Origin: Candidatus Omnitrophota bacterium
GTDB lineage: Bacteria; Omnitrophota; Gorgyraeia; JABMRG01; JAFGKX01
DNA: 17,274 nt
Reading direction: 5' to 3'
Assembly: GCA_020354945.1 (NCBI GenBank)
Contig: CP070655.1
Coordinates: forward strand, 861,512 to 878,785
Of the stretch, positions 15,599-17,274 are shown piece after piece. A model generated the notes under the pieces. That model made no database searches. It was not told the DNA's origin and saw only the letters and a list, made by a program, of their open reading frames with translations. The position numbers and the translations under genes are program-made. Numbering within the stretch: the stretch's first letter is position 1; each line of letters opens with the position of its first letter.

Positions 15599-17118
15599 AT
15601 CTCCTGCCAGGCTACTATTTCGATGACGGGTTCTGTTCTAACCATGCCCGGTGGTATATGGTCAATAACTTCTGGAACCTGATAAATAGCGGGTACATTA
15701 GTACCCATGTCAAAGTAATTGGATATAAATGTGCCAACAACGTCTGTTTGTTTTTTTGAGGTAATTGTATCCTCAGCATAAAACAGTCCCATAACATTTA
15801 TTTGAGCTTCGTTAAAGGTTATATTATGTGGGGTCATAATGCCTATGATATTTTCCAATTTAGTTGTACCTACCGTTTTATACGGAAATGTAGTATTACC
15901 TGCTTCTGGTGCTGGTGTTATCAGATTTGTATTTATTGCAACATTTCCACCAACAAGCGCATCATCAACAACCTTGCTATCAACAAAAATCGTCCCTGTG
16001 CCGGTATAGGTAATGGTTGCCTCGCTACCTGCCTTGCTCATATTAAGATTACCGCCATCTATATAGACATTGCCGCTTATGGAAAGATTCCCAGCTCCGT
16101 CCATAGTTATGCTGCCTTTGTCGTCTGAAAAATTAAAACTGGAAGTCGGAGTAATACTTGCAATGGTATCTAAGTCATCTGCGTCTTTAATTACCAAAGC
16201 ATTATTTTTATAACCCGAAACAAATGCGGTAGTTAGCCTTGGGAATGTAATGTTATCGCCAAGGTCATATGGGTTTCCTGTATCGTTATCAGAGTAAACA
16301 TTGTCTACGCCACTATTTCCGCCGAATCCATTAGTAACATAAACCCCATCCATGGTCTTTTTATAACCTGATGAATAATTCTTATCTCCAACTGTAGCTG
16401 TACCACTAAGGGCAACAACGCCCTGCTTAACGCGAAGCTTGGCATGTAATGTTTCTACTTCATCGCCGCTATAGGTAGTGGTATCCAGAACCGGTATCTT
16501 GTTCCTTAACCCCTCATCTAATCCTTTATAATGATTGCCTATTTGGGCATTGCCACCGAGGTCCATTGCTAAATTATCCGCATCAAGACCTGTCCCTAAA
16601 ATATGCACAGAGCCTCGTATATCAACGTTGCCACTTATCATTGTTCCGGCTGCACCAGCTCCAGCAAATATTGCATTATCCCACATAGGAATAGTTATCA
16701 TTTTAACATAAGTTTGTATGGTTCTTGAAATTCCGCCAATAGTCCCTGCTGAACGAACCCATATTTTACCTTTTTCACCGCTTATATTTTTTAACTTGAC
16801 TGTGTAAGAACCACCGCCCAATGGCTTGGATGAATAAATGTTATAAAAGCTGGTAGAAGGGCCGTAGGCAGTACTATTAATAGTGACACCATTAGACCAG
16901 CTTTCATCAGTGTCAAAATCCTGCCTTAAGTCATATAAAGCCCGCTCTATGCCTGCCTCTGCAATACAAATGGCTTTTGTCGAGTTTTTATGTCTTAATG
17001 CTAATTTACTTTCACTATATGATTGCATAAAGAAAGCGGCCCCAAGTATTGTTAAAATTACTATTACAAGATAAACAGCTATTAATGCTATGCCTTTATT
17101 TCTTTTATATAAAAACAA
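15595..17118 (-). CDS. PilX/GspK-like minor pilin N-terminus fused to a large Gly/Asn/Thr-rich (probably beta-rich) domain
   Basis: KRNKG|IALIAVYLVIVILTILG prepilin-like site lacking Glu+5; A..IAEAGIERA PilX-N motif; C-terminal WQEI; TTG start with AGGAG SD. Confidence 0.75.
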   Translation of the reverse strand: MFLYKRNKGIALIAVYLVIVILTILGAAFFMQSYSESKLALRHKNSTKAICIAEAGIERALYDLRQDFDTDESWSNGVTINSTAYGPSTSFYNIYSSKPLGGGSYTVKLKNISGEKGKIWVRSAGTIGGISRTIQTYVKMITIPMWDNAIFAGAGAAGTMISGNVDIRGSVHILGTGLDADNLAMDLGGNAQIGNHYKGLDEGLRNKIPVLDTTTYSGDEVETLHAKLRVKQGVVALSGTATVGDKNYSSGYKKTMDGVYVTNGFGGNSGVDNVYSDNDTGNPYDLGDNITFPRLTTAFVSGYKNNALVIKDADDLDTIASITPTSSFNFSDDKGSITMDGAGNLSISGNVYIDGGNLNMSKAGSEATITYTGTGTIFVDSKVVDDALVGGNVAINTNLITPAPEAGNTTFPYKTVGTTKLENIIGIMTPHNITFNEAQINVMGLFYAEDTITSKKQTDVVGTFISNYFDMGTNVPAIYQVPEVIDHIPPGMVRTEPVIEIVAWQEI

Positions 17119-17148
17119 CTCTGTTCTTCTCCTAATTATTGTAAAATA

Positions 17149-17274
17149 TTAGTTTCTAAGCTTTACATAAAAATTTATTGAAACGTTTGTCGTCCTGCCT
17201 CTTTCTTCTTTTCTAGCTGCAATCGACACCGTTATCTTTGGTAAGTCTTTGGTAAATATGAGCGAATTAATATT
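17149..17274 (-). CDS. 3' end of a probable minor pilin (PilW-like); partial
   Basis: Hand translation NINSLIFTKDLPKITVSIAARKEERGRTTNVSINFYVKLRN* (TAA at 17151-17149). A V-x-LRN C-terminus is typical of PilW-like pilins that precede pilX. Confidence 0.6.
   Translation of the reverse strand, partial: NINSLIFTKDLPKITVSIAARKEERGRTTNVSINFYVKLRN

Noticed and set aside
15866-15886. TACCGTTT partial match to the element terminus inside the pilX-like gene
   Set aside because: Only 8 bp, no full partner arm, and it encodes ordinary sequence (PYKTVGT); compatible with chance.

Overview
AT-rich bacterial chromosomal segment in which every credible gene lies on the minus strand, tightly packed with many overlapping stop/start codons. 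In transcription order (right to left): 3' end of a probable minor pilin (PilW-like), a large PilX-like protein, pilM-pilN-pilO-pilP-like-pilQ (type IV pilus assembly and secretin), Rne/Rng family ribonuclease, rplU-rpmA-obgE-proB-proA-nadD, two tandem CNNM/CorB (DUF21-CBS) membrane proteins, GTP-dependent PEP carboxykinase, purC and the 5' part of a HIT protein. The gene set and protein style suggest a diderm, possibly Candidatus Omnitrophota (inference only). No rRNA, tRNA, CRISPR array, transposase or defence genes were seen. The unexplained structure is non-coding. (1) A palindromic element with AGTACCGTTT...AAACGGTACT ends occurs at two gene junctions, with a possible degenerate relative at a third. 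(2) A GTAG-type REP-like hairpin lies before the RNase gene. (3) A CGTC-type/RPE-like repeat sits in frame in the N-terminus of the pilP-like gene. I see no clear new multi-gene system; the repeat family is the best candidate for something undescribed.
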